From contig CAWBFF010000008.1 of the NCBI GenBank assembly GCA_963788065.1, positions 1,030,784 through 1,094,783 on the forward strand: a stretch of 64,000 nucleotides of DNA, read 5' to 3'. Each line of letters opens with the position of its first letter. Within the stretch, counting starts at the first letter, position 1. Source of the stretch: an uncultured Verrucomicrobiae bacterium (lineage in GTDB: Bacteria > Verrucomicrobiota > Verrucomicrobiia > Chthoniobacterales > UBA10450). The notes under the pieces were generated by a model that ran no database searches, was not told the origin of the DNA, and saw nothing but the letters and a program-made list of their open reading frames with translations. Shown one piece after another: positions 28,275-38,794 of this stretch. The translations under genes and the position numbers were made by a program.

Positions 28275-29317
28275 AACGGCTTCTCTCTTACTCGCGCGGG
28301 CTGGACGCGCGCTTGCTCTGCGGCTTTGTCGTCGTTGCGCTCCTGAGTGCGATGCTGGCTACGTTGCTCAACGCAGAGATCAGCGACGCAGCCAAAAAAA
28401 AGCGGGACGCGTTCATCAAGGCGCGCGAGGAAATGCGGGCCGTCGCGTCGCCCACGCCGGCGAAGTCGTCCAGCGGCAAGCCGAAAGCGGTGAAGAAGAG
28501 AACAAAAGGCGGAAGCGGCAAATCTTCGCAAAGCGGAAAGAAGAAAACCTCGTCGAGCAAAAAGAAAAAGGCCGCGGTGGACAAAGAGGAGGACGAGACG
28601 CCGCGCCGCGCTTCGACTCCCCGCCCGACTCCAGAAGAAACCGCCACTCCGCGGCGTGTCGCGCCGGCCGCGACCGCGCCAGCGCGCGAGTTGCCGCCGG
28701 CGGATATCACGATCCAGAAATCCGGATTGGAAGAGGAACAGGGCTTCGAGCCGCCACCGCCACCTCCGCCGAGGGGCGGCTTTTGGTCACGCGTCTTCGG
28801 CGGGCGCGAGCCGAGCTATCGCTATCTGAGCCGAAATGTGATCGCGGCGATCCGCCGTGCGCCGGTGCAGCGTGCGCGTTGGAAATTCATCATCGTGCAC
28901 AACAGCGGCACGCGGCAGGGGAACGCGCGGGCATTTGATTACTATCACAAGCGCGTCCGGCGAATGAAGAACGGGCTGGCCTATCATTTCGTGGTCGGCA
29001 ATGGACGCTCTTCCGGCGATGGCGAAGTGGAAGTGGGCGACCGTTGGCGCCGGCAGATCAACGGTGGCCATGTGCACAGCGATTACTTGAACAACATCTC
29101 GCTCGGCATCTGCCTGGTGGGCGATTTCAATCGCGATCAACCGACGCGCGCCCAACTGGAAGCGACGGAGGAGTTGATCCGCTATCTGCGCGAGCGTTGC
29201 GGGAAAGCGGATGGCCGCTCGATCCCGGTGCGCCCGCATCGCGAGATGAATCCACCGCGGTGGGCGACGGATTGCCCGGGTGATGATTTTCCCTACGGCT
29301 GGTTTCGGCGGTTTTAG
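28271..29317 (+). CDS. N-acetylmuramoyl-L-alanine amidase (amidase_2/PGRP fold) with signal anchor and Lys/Ser/Pro-rich linker
   Basis: The TTG start at 28271 overlaps the yihY stop. A TM anchor (LLCGFVVVALLSAMLATLL) and a low-complexity linker (KKRTKGGSGKSSQSGKKKTSSSKKKK) follow. The amidase_2 domain has FIIVHNSGT, AYHFVVGNG and HREMNP...TDCPG. Confidence 0.8.
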   Translation: MKRLLSYSRGLDARLLCGFVVVALLSAMLATLLNAEISDAAKKKRDAFIKAREEMRAVASPTPAKSSSGKPKAVKKRTKGGSGKSSQSGKKKTSSSKKKKAAVDKEEDETPRRASTPRPTPEETATPRRVAPAATAPARELPPADITIQKSGLEEEQGFEPPPPPPPRGGFWSRVFGGREPSYRYLSRNVIAAIRRAPVQRARWKFIIVHNSGTRQGNARAFDYYHKRVRRMKNGLAYHFVVGNGRSSGDGEVEVGDRWRRQINGGHVHSDYLNNISLGICLVGDFNRDQPTRAQLEATEELIRYLRERCGKADGRSIPVRPHREMNPPRWATDCPGDDFPYGWFRRF

Positions 29318-29434
29318 CACACGAATTGACGGCCGCGAAATGGGCGGCGCTCGATTCAGCGCAACACATGTATTCCGCTTGCTCCGCGCGTTGCTAATCC
29401 CAGCGCCGTGGCCGATAGAAACGACTCCGCAATT

Positions 29435-31717
29435 ATGACACCGGTAAAAATTTGGCTTGGGTATCCTTATCCGTTGGGCGCGACCTGGATGGGGAACGGG
29501 GTAAACTTCGCGATCTTTTCCGAGCACGCGACCTCGGTGGATCTCTGTCTCTTCGATCATCTGGAATCGCCGCAGGAAAACGTCCGGATTCCGATGACGG
29601 AACACACGGATCAGGTCTGGCATCTCTTCCTGCCTGATGTGCGGCCGGGGCAACTCTACGGCTACCGCGTGTATGGGCCGTACGATCCGGCGCGCGGGAT
29701 GCGCTTCAATCGCTCGAAGCTTTTGCTCGATCCTTACGCGAAGGCGATTGCCGGGCAGATCAATTGGTCGGACGAAATGTTTGGGTATGTGATGGGAGCG
29801 GAGGAAGGCGATTTGACGCGTGATTTTCGCGATGACGCTTGGGGCATGCCGAAGGCGGTGGTGATCGATCCGGCCTTCGATTGGGGCGACGAGAAGGCGC
29901 CGCACACGCCGCTGCACAATTCCGTTATCTACGAGGTGCACGTGAAGGGATTCACTCGCCTCTGCCCGGACATCCCGACGGAATTGCGCGGGTCGTATGC
30001 CGGGGTCGGCAGCCCCGCGGCGATCAAATATCTGAAGGACCTGGGCGTGACGGCGGTGGAGCTGTTACCGATCCATGCCTTCGTGAATGACAAGACGCTG
30101 GTCGATAAAGGCCTCTGCAATTATTGGGGCTACAACTCAATCGGCTTCTTCGCGCCGGAAGCGAAATATTCCAGCTCGGGCGATAGGGGCGGACAGATCT
30201 CTGAGTTCAAAGGAATGGTGCGCAACCTCCACGCCGAGGGGATCGAGGTCATTCTCGACGTGGTTTACAATCACACCGCCGAAGGCAACGGCATGGGGCC
30301 GACGCTGAGTTTTCGCGGCATCGACAACCCGGCCTATTACCGGCTCTCGCCGGAAGATCCGCGCTACTACATGGATTTCACCGGGACGGGGAACACCTTT
30401 AATCTTCTCCATCCGCGCACGCTCCAGCTGGTGATGGACAGCCTGCGTTATTGGGTGCTGGAGATGCATGTCGACGGTTTCCGCTTCGATCTCGCCTCCA
30501 CCCTGGCGCGGGACGAGAATGGGGTGAATAAGCTGCACGCGTTCTTCGAGATTATTCACCAGGATCCGGTTCTCTCGCAGGTGAAGCTCATCGCAGAACC
30601 TTGGGACGTGGGCGAAGGCGGCTATCAGGTGGGAAATTTCCCAGTGCTCTGGGCGGAATGGAACGGCAAATATCGCGACGCCGTGCGCAGTTTTTGGAAG
30701 GGCGACGAAGGCCGCATCGGCGAGATGGCTTATCGCCTAACGGGTAGTCCGGATCTTTATCAACACAGCGGCCGCCGGCCCTACGCCAGCATCAATTTCA
30801 TCACCGCGCACGATGGCTTCACGCTCAACGATCTCGTCAGCTATAACGACAAACACAACGAAGCGAACGGCGAGGACAACAACGACGGCGACAACAACAA
30901 TCACTCCTGGAATCACGGCGCGGAAGGCGTGACCGACGATCCGGAAGTGAATGCGCTGCGTCGCCGCCAGCGTCGCAATTTTCTGACCACGCTTCTGCTC
31001 TCGCAAGGCGTGCCGATGATTTGCGGGGGCGACGAATGGGCCCGCACCCAGGGCGGCAACAACAACGCCTATTGCCAGGACAACGAGATTAGCTGGCTGA
31101 CGTGGGATCGCAGCGAGGAGCAGGAGAAGCTGCTCGCGTTTGTGCGCAAGCTCATCGCGATGCGCCGCGAACATCCGGTTTTTCGCCGTCCGAAGTTTTT
31201 CCAGGGCCGGCGCATCCGCGGGTCCGAGATCAAGGATGTGATGTGGTTCAACCCGGGCGGGAACGAGATGAGCGACGAAGAATGGTCGTCCCCGTTCGTG
31301 CGCTGTCTGGCCATGCTCTTAAGCGGCGACACGATCGACGTGCTCAGTTTTGACGGAGAGCCGATCCGCGACCAGACCTTCCTCCTCCTCATCAACGCGC
31401 ACCACGAGACGCTCCCGTTCGTCCTCGCGGGCGAAGAGCATCTGGAGTGGCGCCTGGTTATCGATACCGCCGCAGAAGAAGGCTTCATCGAAGACGAGCG
31501 CAAGTTTGCTTCCGGCGACGACTTCGAAGTGGAAGGCCGCGCCATGAAGCTGCTGTGCCTCACCGCCGGCTCGCAAGCGCAGGCGCGGCGCGAATCCTGG
31601 AAGAAGCGTCAGGTAGAAATTCCGCATGACGAACGTCCGGAGCCAGTGGTGCCGAAGCGTCACGCGCGTCCAAAAAAAGCGAAGGCATTGCCGCGGACCG
31701 ATGGCGAGCCGAGCTGA
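29435..31717 (+). CDS. glgX: glycogen debranching enzyme GlgX (GH13)
   Basis: Motifs PYPLGATW..GVNFAIFS, DVVYNHT, GFRFDLAS, EPWD, FITAHDGFTLNDLVSYN. ATG 29435 is preferred over GTG 29408. Confidence 0.95.
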   Translation: MTPVKIWLGYPYPLGATWMGNGVNFAIFSEHATSVDLCLFDHLESPQENVRIPMTEHTDQVWHLFLPDVRPGQLYGYRVYGPYDPARGMRFNRSKLLLDPYAKAIAGQINWSDEMFGYVMGAEEGDLTRDFRDDAWGMPKAVVIDPAFDWGDEKAPHTPLHNSVIYEVHVKGFTRLCPDIPTELRGSYAGVGSPAAIKYLKDLGVTAVELLPIHAFVNDKTLVDKGLCNYWGYNSIGFFAPEAKYSSSGDRGGQISEFKGMVRNLHAEGIEVILDVVYNHTAEGNGMGPTLSFRGIDNPAYYRLSPEDPRYYMDFTGTGNTFNLLHPRTLQLVMDSLRYWVLEMHVDGFRFDLASTLARDENGVNKLHAFFEIIHQDPVLSQVKLIAEPWDVGEGGYQVGNFPVLWAEWNGKYRDAVRSFWKGDEGRIGEMAYRLTGSPDLYQHSGRRPYASINFITAHDGFTLNDLVSYNDKHNEANGEDNNDGDNNNHSWNHGAEGVTDDPEVNALRRRQRRNFLTTLLLSQGVPMICGGDEWARTQGGNNNAYCQDNEISWLTWDRSEEQEKLLAFVRKLIAMRREHPVFRRPKFFQGRRIRGSEIKDVMWFNPGGNEMSDEEWSSPFVRCLAMLLSGDTIDVLSFDGEPIRDQTFLLLINAHHETLPFVLAGEEHLEWRLVIDTAAEEGFIEDERKFASGDDFEVEGRAMKLLCLTAGSQAQARRESWKKRQVEIPHDERPEPVVPKRHARPKKAKALPRTDGEPS

Positions 31718-31725
31718 AAGGGAGG

Positions 31726-31749
31726 CGTTTGGCCGGCGGCCGACGTTTT
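31726..31749 (+). terminator. weak candidate rho-independent terminator after glgX
   Basis: Imperfect hairpin CGT(tt)GGCC-ggc-GGCC(g)ACG (31726-31745), followed by TTTT. The stem is bulged, so this is low confidence. Confidence 0.3.
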
Positions 31750-31774
31750 ATATTGATAAATTGCTAACCAAAAC

Positions 31775-32248
31775 ATGACACCGACATCACTCATCATCGT
31801 GACAGATCGCGGCAGCCTGAAAGCTTACAAAGTGAGCGAAACCAATACGCGCGGCGCCAGTCTTAGCCTGGTGCAGGCGTTCGACACCACAGAGGCGCAC
31901 GGTCGTTATCAAGATAAAATGACCGATCAGGCCGGGCGTTTTCCGGCTGGCACCAGCGGCGCGGGCGGGGCTGATCGTCACCAGGGCGCGACGGCCGAAC
32001 GCCAGGGAATCGAGACGGAAAAAGATCGGCGCATTCTCAAGCAACTGGCGGACAGCATCGCCGAGGTGGTGAAACGCGAAGGCAGTGAGGGCTGGTCCTT
32101 TGCCGCGCCGGCCGCGATCCATACGGCGATCGTAGAGTTGCTCCCGAAAGAATGTCGGGATCGCATTGTCGAGCATGTGAAGTCTGATCTGGTGAAGATC
32201 GAGCAGGCTGACCTCGCGCAACATTTCCGCTCGCTTCAGCCAGTCTGA
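31775..32248 (+). CDS. host-attachment (Host_attach / bacterial eRF1-like) family protein
   Basis: 157 aa. The pattern LIIVTDRGSLKAYKV ... DQAGRFP ... EKDRRILKQLADSIAEVV ... WSFAAPAAIHTAIVELLP ... DLVKIEQADLAQHF matches the Host_attach family layout recalled from memory. Confidence 0.65.
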   Translation: MTPTSLIIVTDRGSLKAYKVSETNTRGASLSLVQAFDTTEAHGRYQDKMTDQAGRFPAGTSGAGGADRHQGATAERQGIETEKDRRILKQLADSIAEVVKREGSEGWSFAAPAAIHTAIVELLPKECRDRIVEHVKSDLVKIEQADLAQHFRSLQPV

Positions 32249-32317
32249 GAGCGTGCGCTGCCGCGTGATTTTGTTGGCGTTCCTGCTTCCCCCGCGAACA
32301 TTGCTGACTTCACGATT

Positions 32318-32878
32318 ATGCAATTGCCTGTAGAAATATCCTACCGCGGCGTCGAGAAATCCGACGAAATAGACGACCTTATTCGCAACAAAGCCGCTCG
32401 GCTCGATCGATTCTGCGATCACATCACGCGTTGCGCTGTGGCGGTGGAAAGACCGAATCACGCTCAGCAATCCGGCAACCCTTTTCGCGTGCGGGTGGAC
32501 GTGACCGTGCCGCCGGGACACGAGTTGGTGGCGGATGAAAAACAGAGCGAGCACGAGATGCACGAGCCGCTGACCAAGATCATCAACGACGCTTTCAAAA
32601 ACATGGAGCGCCAGGTGAAGGAACTATCCGAACGGCAGCGACACGAGGTCAAGACGCATGCCGAGCCGCGCGCGCTCGTGACCAAGCTTTTCGCCGACTA
32701 CGGCTTCATTACCGACGGAGGGGGCATCGACATTTACTTCCACCGCAACGCGCTGGTGGGCGCCGATTTCTCGGCAATCAAGATCGGCACGGAAGTGCGC
32801 TTCGATCTGTCGCACGGCGACATGGGCCCGCAGGCCAGCAGCGTGCACATCGTGAGCACGGGCGGCTCGCGGCTCTGA
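32318..32878 (+). CDS. hpf: ribosome hibernation factor (HPF/RaiA, S30AE) fused to a C-terminal cold-shock-like OB domain
   Basis: The N-terminal ~110 aa (MQLPVEISYRGVEKSDEIDDLIRNKAARLDRF...FRVRVDVTVPPGHELV...INDAFKNMERQVKE) is S30AE-like. The C-terminal GFITDGGGIDIYFHRNALVGADFSAIKIGTEVRFDLSHGDMGPQASSVHIV is CSD-like. Confidence 0.8.
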   Translation: MQLPVEISYRGVEKSDEIDDLIRNKAARLDRFCDHITRCAVAVERPNHAQQSGNPFRVRVDVTVPPGHELVADEKQSEHEMHEPLTKIINDAFKNMERQVKELSERQRHEVKTHAEPRALVTKLFADYGFITDGGGIDIYFHRNALVGADFSAIKIGTEVRFDLSHGDMGPQASSVHIVSTGGSRL

Positions 32879-32986
32879 GCCTTTGCTGATGGGACAGAGC
32901 AGCGGATGCGGGAGGACGGTCATCCCGAATCGCGGAGAAGATCAATCGAGGAGCTGATCGCACCGCCGATGGTGTGTTGGTTGCCG

Positions 32987-35026
32987 CTACGCTGGCGCTC
33001 CGCTGAAATCGCCGGGTAGCGGCGGATTCACATCCGGGGCGACCACGACCTGCTTGGGAGGCTTCTCCGCTTTCATCTTCTCGCCGCCAGAGGGTGGGGG
33101 GTCGGAAGGCGGGTTCAACAATTTGCCGTGGTCGATAATTTCGCGGATTTGCAGACCGTCGAGCGTCTCGTATTCGAGCAATGCCTTCGCAATCGTTTCC
33201 AGCTTGTCGCGATGCTCCGTTAGCGTCTGCATGGCGCGAGCGTAGGCGTCGTCGATGAGTTTCCGCACTTCGCGGTCGATCTCTTCCGCGGTCGCCTCGC
33301 TATAATCGCGGGCGCGGGAGATGTCGCGGCCAAGGAAGACATAGTCTTCATGCTCGCCGTACTCGACCATCCCCATCTTTTCGCTCATGCCCCATTCGCA
33401 AACCATGCGGCGGGCCATACCTGTCGCCATCTTGATGTCGCCCCGGGCGCCGTTCGTGACATCGCCGAAGACGATCTCTTCTGCGACGCGGCCGCCCATG
33501 CTGACGACGAGACTGGCAAGCAGCTCATTCTTGCGGTTGGTGTATTTGTCTTCCTGCGGCAGCCACATGGTGGAGCCGAGGGACGGTCCGCGCGGGATGA
33601 TGGTGACTTTGTGCAGCGGCTCGGTGTGATCGATCAATTCGAGGATCAACGCATGCCCCGCTTCGTGATAGGCAGTATTCGTTTTTTCCTTCTCGCTCAG
33701 CGCCATGCTGCGGCGTTCGCGGCCCCAGCGCACTTTGTCGCGCGCTTCTTCGAGCTCTTTCAAGGTGATGCCCTTCATGCCACGGCGGGCGGCGAGGAGA
33801 GCGGCTTCGTTGATTACGTTGGCGAGCTCGGCGCCGGAGTAACCGGGCGTGCCGCGGGCCACCACTTGCAGATCGACCCCCTCCGCCAATTTCACCTTCT
33901 TGGAGTGAACGCGGAGGATTTCCTCGCGTCCCTTCACGTCCGGGAGATTTACCGTGATCTGGCGATCAAACCGGCCGGGCCGGAGCAACGCAGGATCGAG
34001 GACATCGGGCCGGTTCGTGGCCGCGATGATGATGACACCTTCCTGCGTATCGAAGCCGTCCATCTCGACGAGGAGCGCATTGAGCGTTTGCTCGCGCTCG
34101 TCGTGACCGCCGCCAACACCGTGGCCACGATGGCGGCCGACGGCGTCGATTTCATCGATGAAAATAATGCAAGGCGCAGACTTCTTGCCCTGCTCGAACA
34201 TGTCGCGCACCCGGCTGGCGCCGACGCCGACAAACATCTCCACGAAATCCGAGCCGCTAATGGAGAAGAACGGCACGTCCGCTTCGCCGGCAATCGCGCG
34301 CGCGAGGAGCGTTTTGCCCGTTCCGGGAGGGCCGACGAGCAGGACGCCTTTCGGGATGCGGCCGCCGAGCTTCTGAAATTTTTTCGGATCGCGCAGGAAC
34401 TCGACCAGCTCCGTCACTTCATCCTTCGCTTCCTCGACCCCGGCCACGTCCTTAAACGTGATCTTGTTCTTATCCCGCGCCAGCATGCGGGCCTTCGATT
34501 TGCCGAAGTTCAGCGCCCCTTTACCGGCCATGCGGATCTGCTGGCGGAAGAGGAAGTAAAGCACGAGGAGGAAAAACGCGATGGGGAGGAAGCCGACGAG
34601 CGTCTGCGCCCAGAGATTCGACTCCATTTTGATCGCGGGCTGAATGCCGGCTTCGGCCAGTTTCTCCTGCAGATTGGTGTTGTAGTTGAGGTAGATCGTG
34701 GTCCGGAACGGCATCTGTTGCGCCGGGTTCGGGCCGGTGCCCGGCTTGAGATAAGCGCCGCGCAGAGTCTGGGTGGGCCGGCCTTCCTCGACGACGAGCT
34801 GGAGCGGATAATCTTTATCGATGGCGATCTGCTTGTTATCCAGCAGCTCGAGGAAGCGATTATAGGGCACGTCTTCCACGTTGGCGTAGGCGCCGCCGCG
34901 GAAGAGAACAGCCAAACCGATCAACGCGAATGCAATGGCGATGAGGACGATCCCGCGCCAGTTGAAAGTCGGCTCGTTGCCGCCGGATTTGTTGTCCTTT
35001 TTGGAGTTACGATCGGATTGGGCCAT
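32987..35026 (-). CDS. ftsH: ATP-dependent zinc metalloprotease FtsH
   Basis: Two N-terminal TM helices, Walker [12 protein letters not shown], Walker [12 protein letters not shown] region, and zinc motif HEAGHAL. Confidence 0.97.
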   Translation of the reverse strand: MAQSDRNSKKDNKSGGNEPTFNWRGIVLIAIAFALIGLAVLFRGGAYANVEDVPYNRFLELLDNKQIAIDKDYPLQLVVEEGRPTQTLRGAYLKPGTGPNPAQQMPFRTTIYLNYNTNLQEKLAEAGIQPAIKMESNLWAQTLVGFLPIAFFLLVLYFLFRQQIRMAGKGALNFGKSKARMLARDKNKITFKDVAGVEEAKDEVTELVEFLRDPKKFQKLGGRIPKGVLLVGPPGTGKTLLARAIAGEADVPFFSISGSDFVEMFVGVGASRVRDMFEQGKKSAPCIIFIDEIDAVGRHRGHGVGGGHDEREQTLNALLVEMDGFDTQEGVIIIAATNRPDVLDPALLRPGRFDRQITVNLPDVKGREEILRVHSKKVKLAEGVDLQVVARGTPGYSGAELANVINEAALLAARRGMKGITLKELEEARDKVRWGRERRSMALSEKEKTNTAYHEAGHALILELIDHTEPLHKVTIIPRGPSLGSTMWLPQEDKYTNRKNELLASLVVSMGGRVAEEIVFGDVTNGARGDIKMATGMARRMVCEWGMSEKMGMVEYGEHEDYVFLGRDISRARDYSEATAEEIDREVRKLIDDAYARAMQTLTEHRDKLETIAKALLEYETLDGLQIREIIDHGKLLNPPSDPPPSGGEKMKAEKPPKQVVVAPDVNPPLPGDFSGAPA

Positions 35027-35177
35027 AGAGCAAAAAGCCCGCGTCGGGCGAGCGCGAAAAGGTTAACATGAAGGGGTGGGCATTGCAAAAGAGCAGCCCC
35101 CGCGCCGCAGTCCGGCCCTTCCCGGGCGGGCGTTGCGCCGGGAGGGTGTCCCATTTACCCTGAGGAACCAATCACTC

Positions 35178-38100
35178 ATGGCCGATCACGCACCCACTTT
35201 AGCCGACAAAATCGACCGCGCGGTGCAGCGCGTGACCCCGTTTGCCTACCGCATGCAGCGAAAAAGCCGGCGTTGGATGCGGCGCGCGCTGCGGAAGCCG
35301 CGCAGCGTGGCAGAGGGGCCGAATCTCCTCCCGCTCCTCATCCAGGTGCTGGCCAGTTTCTCGAAAGCCGACGGCGTCCTGCTGGAGGAGGAAATCGATT
35401 CCAGCCTCGGGTTTCTGCGTTACGACTACCCGGAGGCGGTCTATTCCGAGCTGCGGCAGCTCTTTCGTCAGGCGCTCTACGAGCAGCAGGACCTTTCCGG
35501 GATGGCGCAAAAGCTGTCCACCCAGCTCAGCGCCGATCGCAAGATCATGCTCGGCGTGCAGCTCTACGACCTCATCTCGCAGGCCGGCTTGAAGCAGGAG
35601 CAGGTGGTGGCGTTTTACTCCTTCATGTCGCAGCTCGGGATGGCGGCGCAGGCGATCGATATTGTTTACCAATTGAACGCCTCGGAGGATTCCGATCCGT
35701 CCATCTATCAACGCGGCGCCTCGCCTCTCGAATCGCTCTCTTTCGGTCCCGATGGCGTCTCGGATGTGGTCGTGAAGAATATCGACGATGGGGAGCGCCT
35801 TCTATCCTTCCGTTATCACGATCTGATTCTGCTCAAGAATTACAGCTCGCAATCCGTTTCCGTACGCGGGCGTCCGCTCATGCGCGGTGGATTTTGCCGG
35901 ATTTACCCAGGGCAGCGCATCCTCATCGGCGATCAGGTGCTTACGTATCAGGAACTGGCCGCGTATTTCAACGCGAAGAAGAACGTCTCGCTCCCGCAGA
36001 TCTTCGTCCGCGTGCCAAAGGATGGCGATCAGGTGCAGCTCGAGCGCTCGCGTTCGCGGGAAAGCTCCATCGAAGTCACCTTCGGATTGAAGGTGCGCGT
36101 GAAGGCGTTGCGCGATGTGGACGCGGTGATTAACGGCGTCACGCTCAAAGCTGGCCAGCAAGTCGAGGCCTCGCTCGATGATCGCATCGTCTTCCACAAC
36201 GACAGCGAGATGGATCTGATCGATCTCCGCCGCCGCGCTCGCGCGATCGGCGGACGTTTCCAACTCAAAGCCTCGAAGTCGGAGTATCTCGTTTCGAATA
36301 ATCCCAGTCTGCTCGAAGCGGACGACATCCTGCTTTCCCCCGGCACGAGCGGCGACGTGCTCCTGAAGATTTTCTGCGATTACGACGAACGCGTCGGCAC
36401 GCTCGAGGTCATCTCTGCCGATCGTCCGATCATGGTCGGCGAACTGCCGGTGCGAACTACAGCGCCGCTGGCCGATGGCGACACCATCCGCATCGACACC
36501 GGCCAGTTCCTGCGCTGCAATTTCTCCGAGCGCATCATCGAGGAAGAGCGCAACATCATCCGCAGCCTCGAAGTCGCCGACCTGAACCATCGCTTCGGCA
36601 ACTCCGAGGTCGCGCTTGATGGCATCTCCTTTGCGGTCAATCGCGGCGAAATCGTCTGCGTGATGGGCGCGAGCGGCTCGGGCAAGAGCACGCTCTTGAA
36701 AGTGCTCGGCGGCCAGATCCAGCCGAGCGGCGGGCAGATTCTGCTCAACGACCAATCGCTCTACGACAATCTCGACGACCTCAAGCGTTACGTCAGCTAC
36801 ATCCCGCAGGAAGACGCGTTCGACGAGAACCTGACCATCGAGGAGAACCTGCAATTCGCGGCCGCCATTCGTTCGCCTCATCTCTCCCGCCGCGATCGCA
36901 CCCGGCGCCTCGAGAGCAAGCTGGTCGAGCTCGGGTTAAGTGAGCGGAAGGACAGCGTGGTCGGCAGCCCGGTGAAGAAGACGCTCAGCGGCGGCGAACG
37001 GAAACGCCTCAACATCGGTCTCGATATGATCGGCGGCGCCGACGTTTATCTCTTCGACGAGCCGACCTCCGGCCTTTCCTCGAAGGACTCCGAGCACGTC
37101 ATCGAGATCATCCGCGGGATGGCGCACAACAAAATCATCATCGTCACCATCCATCAGCCGAGCTCGAAGCTCTTCCAGATGTTTCACAAGGCGATCCTCT
37201 TCGATAAAGGCGGCCGCCTGGTCTTCTTCGGCACGCCCACCGACATGCTGCGCTACTTCGCGGAAGCGGAGCACCAGCATCAATTCGGTGCCGATCTCGG
37301 CGCTTGCCCATCTTGCGGCACGACGCGTCCGGAATTTATCTTCGATGTCCTCGAAACGCCGCTGCGCGATATCAGCGGCGATGTCATTTACGAGGAGAAC
37401 AATCGCGGGCAGCTCGTCGCGGCGCGGCGCTACTCGCCGGAGTTCTGGCGGGATAAATACGAAGCCTTCCGCCTCATCCAGGACGTCAAGCAGGTCTCTC
37501 TAAAACGCGAACTGACGCCGCCCTTGCCGAAAGCGCCACGGGCAAAAATGCGGCGCACACAAATCCGCTGGCACGACGAATGGACGCAGTTGCGGACGCT
37601 CCTGCGCCGCGCTTTCACGAGCAAGCTGCGCAATCGCGGCAACCTCGTCATCACCATCGGTGTCGCCCCCGTGCTCGCGCTTCTCATCGCCACGCTGCTG
37701 CGCTATTCGGATAGCGGGAAGTACGATTTCGCCTCCGCTTACCACATCCCGACTTATCTTTTCCTCGGGCTGATTGTCGCGATGTTCCTCGGCCTCACCA
37801 ACAGCGCGGACGATATCATTGGCGATCGCGCCGTTCTGCAACGGGAACGAAATCTCAATGTGCGGCTGACCTATTACGTGATCGCGAAGGTTGCCTCGCT
37901 CGGCGTTTTCGCGCTCATCCAATGCGTGCTCTTCGTCCTCCTGGGCAACTGGATTCTGTCCATTCGGGGCATGTTCTGGATTTACCTCGGCGTCATGTTC
38001 ATGACCGCGATGGGTGGGATCGCTCTCGGGCTCGTCATCTCCTCCCTCGTGGCTGCGCCCAAGACGGCTGCCAACATCGTCCCGCTCGTGCTCATCCCTC

Positions 38101-38789
38101 AGATCATCATGGGTGGCGCGCTCATCAAGTATGAGGACATGAACCGCAACCTCGGGCTCGTTTATACCTTCTCGCGCTGGTTCTCCGAGCACCCGAACGA
38201 AGAGACGAACAAGAAAATGGACAGCAAGCTGAAGGTGCCGTTCATCGCCCAATTCATCGCCATGCGCTGGTCCTACGAAGAAGTCGTGGTCGCACAGGCG
38301 AAACTCAATCCGCTCACGCGCCGCCAGGAACGCGTGGCGGCTGAGATTCGCCGCCTCGCGCCCGATGCGAAAACCCCTGAGACTGTCGCGCGTCTAAACG
38401 AACTCAAGGAAGTGCTCGCCGTTCTCTCCGGACTTGAAGCGAGGACCGCGCGCGACGTCGATAATTATCTCAAGCGGACCGATAAGGTCGTGGAAGGAAA
38501 ACAACCGTTCCGGCGCGCGGATTTCAAAGATGCCGTCGGCCCGGTCACAGCGGAGCAGCTCTACATCAATCAGAAAGTCTCCGATTTAATCTCCAACGCC
38601 GAGATGGAGCAGAACGATTACCGCCGCGGCGGCAAACCCAACGTCTTTTTCGGCGCGGAGAAAAGGTATCTCGGCACCAAGATCAACATCTTCACCTTCG
38701 ACACCAGCATCTTGGTTACGTCCACCTTCGCTCTCCTGGCTCTGCTTCTTTGGATTCTGCGCCGCCAACTCGAAGTGCGCCGCGCGTGA
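35178..38789 (+). CDS. multidomain ABC transporter: TerB-like domain + three beta-rich (FHA-like?) modules + ABC ATPase + ABC-2/ABCG-type permease + C-terminal coiled extension with terminal TM
   Basis: ATG 35178 (MADHAPTL...). The TerB/DjlA-like segment is LIQVLASFSKADGVLLEEEIDSSLGFL. Walker A is GASGSGKST, the signature is LSGGERKRL, and Walker B is VYLFDEPTSGL. Six TM helices lie at about 37.6-38.2 kb, and a final TM helix is ILVTSTFALLALLLWIL. Confidence 0.85.
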   Translation: MADHAPTLADKIDRAVQRVTPFAYRMQRKSRRWMRRALRKPRSVAEGPNLLPLLIQVLASFSKADGVLLEEEIDSSLGFLRYDYPEAVYSELRQLFRQALYEQQDLSGMAQKLSTQLSADRKIMLGVQLYDLISQAGLKQEQVVAFYSFMSQLGMAAQAIDIVYQLNASEDSDPSIYQRGASPLESLSFGPDGVSDVVVKNIDDGERLLSFRYHDLILLKNYSSQSVSVRGRPLMRGGFCRIYPGQRILIGDQVLTYQELAAYFNAKKNVSLPQIFVRVPKDGDQVQLERSRSRESSIEVTFGLKVRVKALRDVDAVINGVTLKAGQQVEASLDDRIVFHNDSEMDLIDLRRRARAIGGRFQLKASKSEYLVSNNPSLLEADDILLSPGTSGDVLLKIFCDYDERVGTLEVISADRPIMVGELPVRTTAPLADGDTIRIDTGQFLRCNFSERIIEEERNIIRSLEVADLNHRFGNSEVALDGISFAVNRGEIVCVMGASGSGKSTLLKVLGGQIQPSGGQILLNDQSLYDNLDDLKRYVSYIPQEDAFDENLTIEENLQFAAAIRSPHLSRRDRTRRLESKLVELGLSERKDSVVGSPVKKTLSGGERKRLNIGLDMIGGADVYLFDEPTSGLSSKDSEHVIEIIRGMAHNKIIIVTIHQPSSKLFQMFHKAILFDKGGRLVFFGTPTDMLRYFAEAEHQHQFGADLGACPSCGTTRPEFIFDVLETPLRDISGDVIYEENNRGQLVAARRYSPEFWRDKYEAFRLIQDVKQVSLKRELTPPLPKAPRAKMRRTQIRWHDEWTQLRTLLRRAFTSKLRNRGNLVITIGVAPVLALLIATLLRYSDSGKYDFASAYHIPTYLFLGLIVAMFLGLTNSADDIIGDRAVLQRERNLNVRLTYYVIAKVASLGVFALIQCVLFVLLGNWILSIRGMFWIYLGVMFMTAMGGIALGLVISSLVAAPKTAANIVPLVLIPQIIMGGALIKYEDMNRNLGLVYTFSRWFSEHPNEETNKKMDSKLKVPFIAQFIAMRWSYEEVVVAQAKLNPLTRRQERVAAEIRRLAPDAKTPETVARLNELKEVLAVLSGLEARTARDVDNYLKRTDKVVEGKQPFRRADFKDAVGPVTAEQLYINQKVSDLISNAEMEQNDYRRGGKPNVFFGAEKRYLGTKINIFTFDTSILVTSTFALLALLLWILRRQLEVRRA

Positions 38790-38794
38790 CGCGG

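Noticed and set aside
33350-35071. 573-aa plus-strand ORF opposite ftsH
   Set aside because: ftsH on the minus strand is unambiguous (Walker A/B, HEAGHAL), so this is an antisense artefact.
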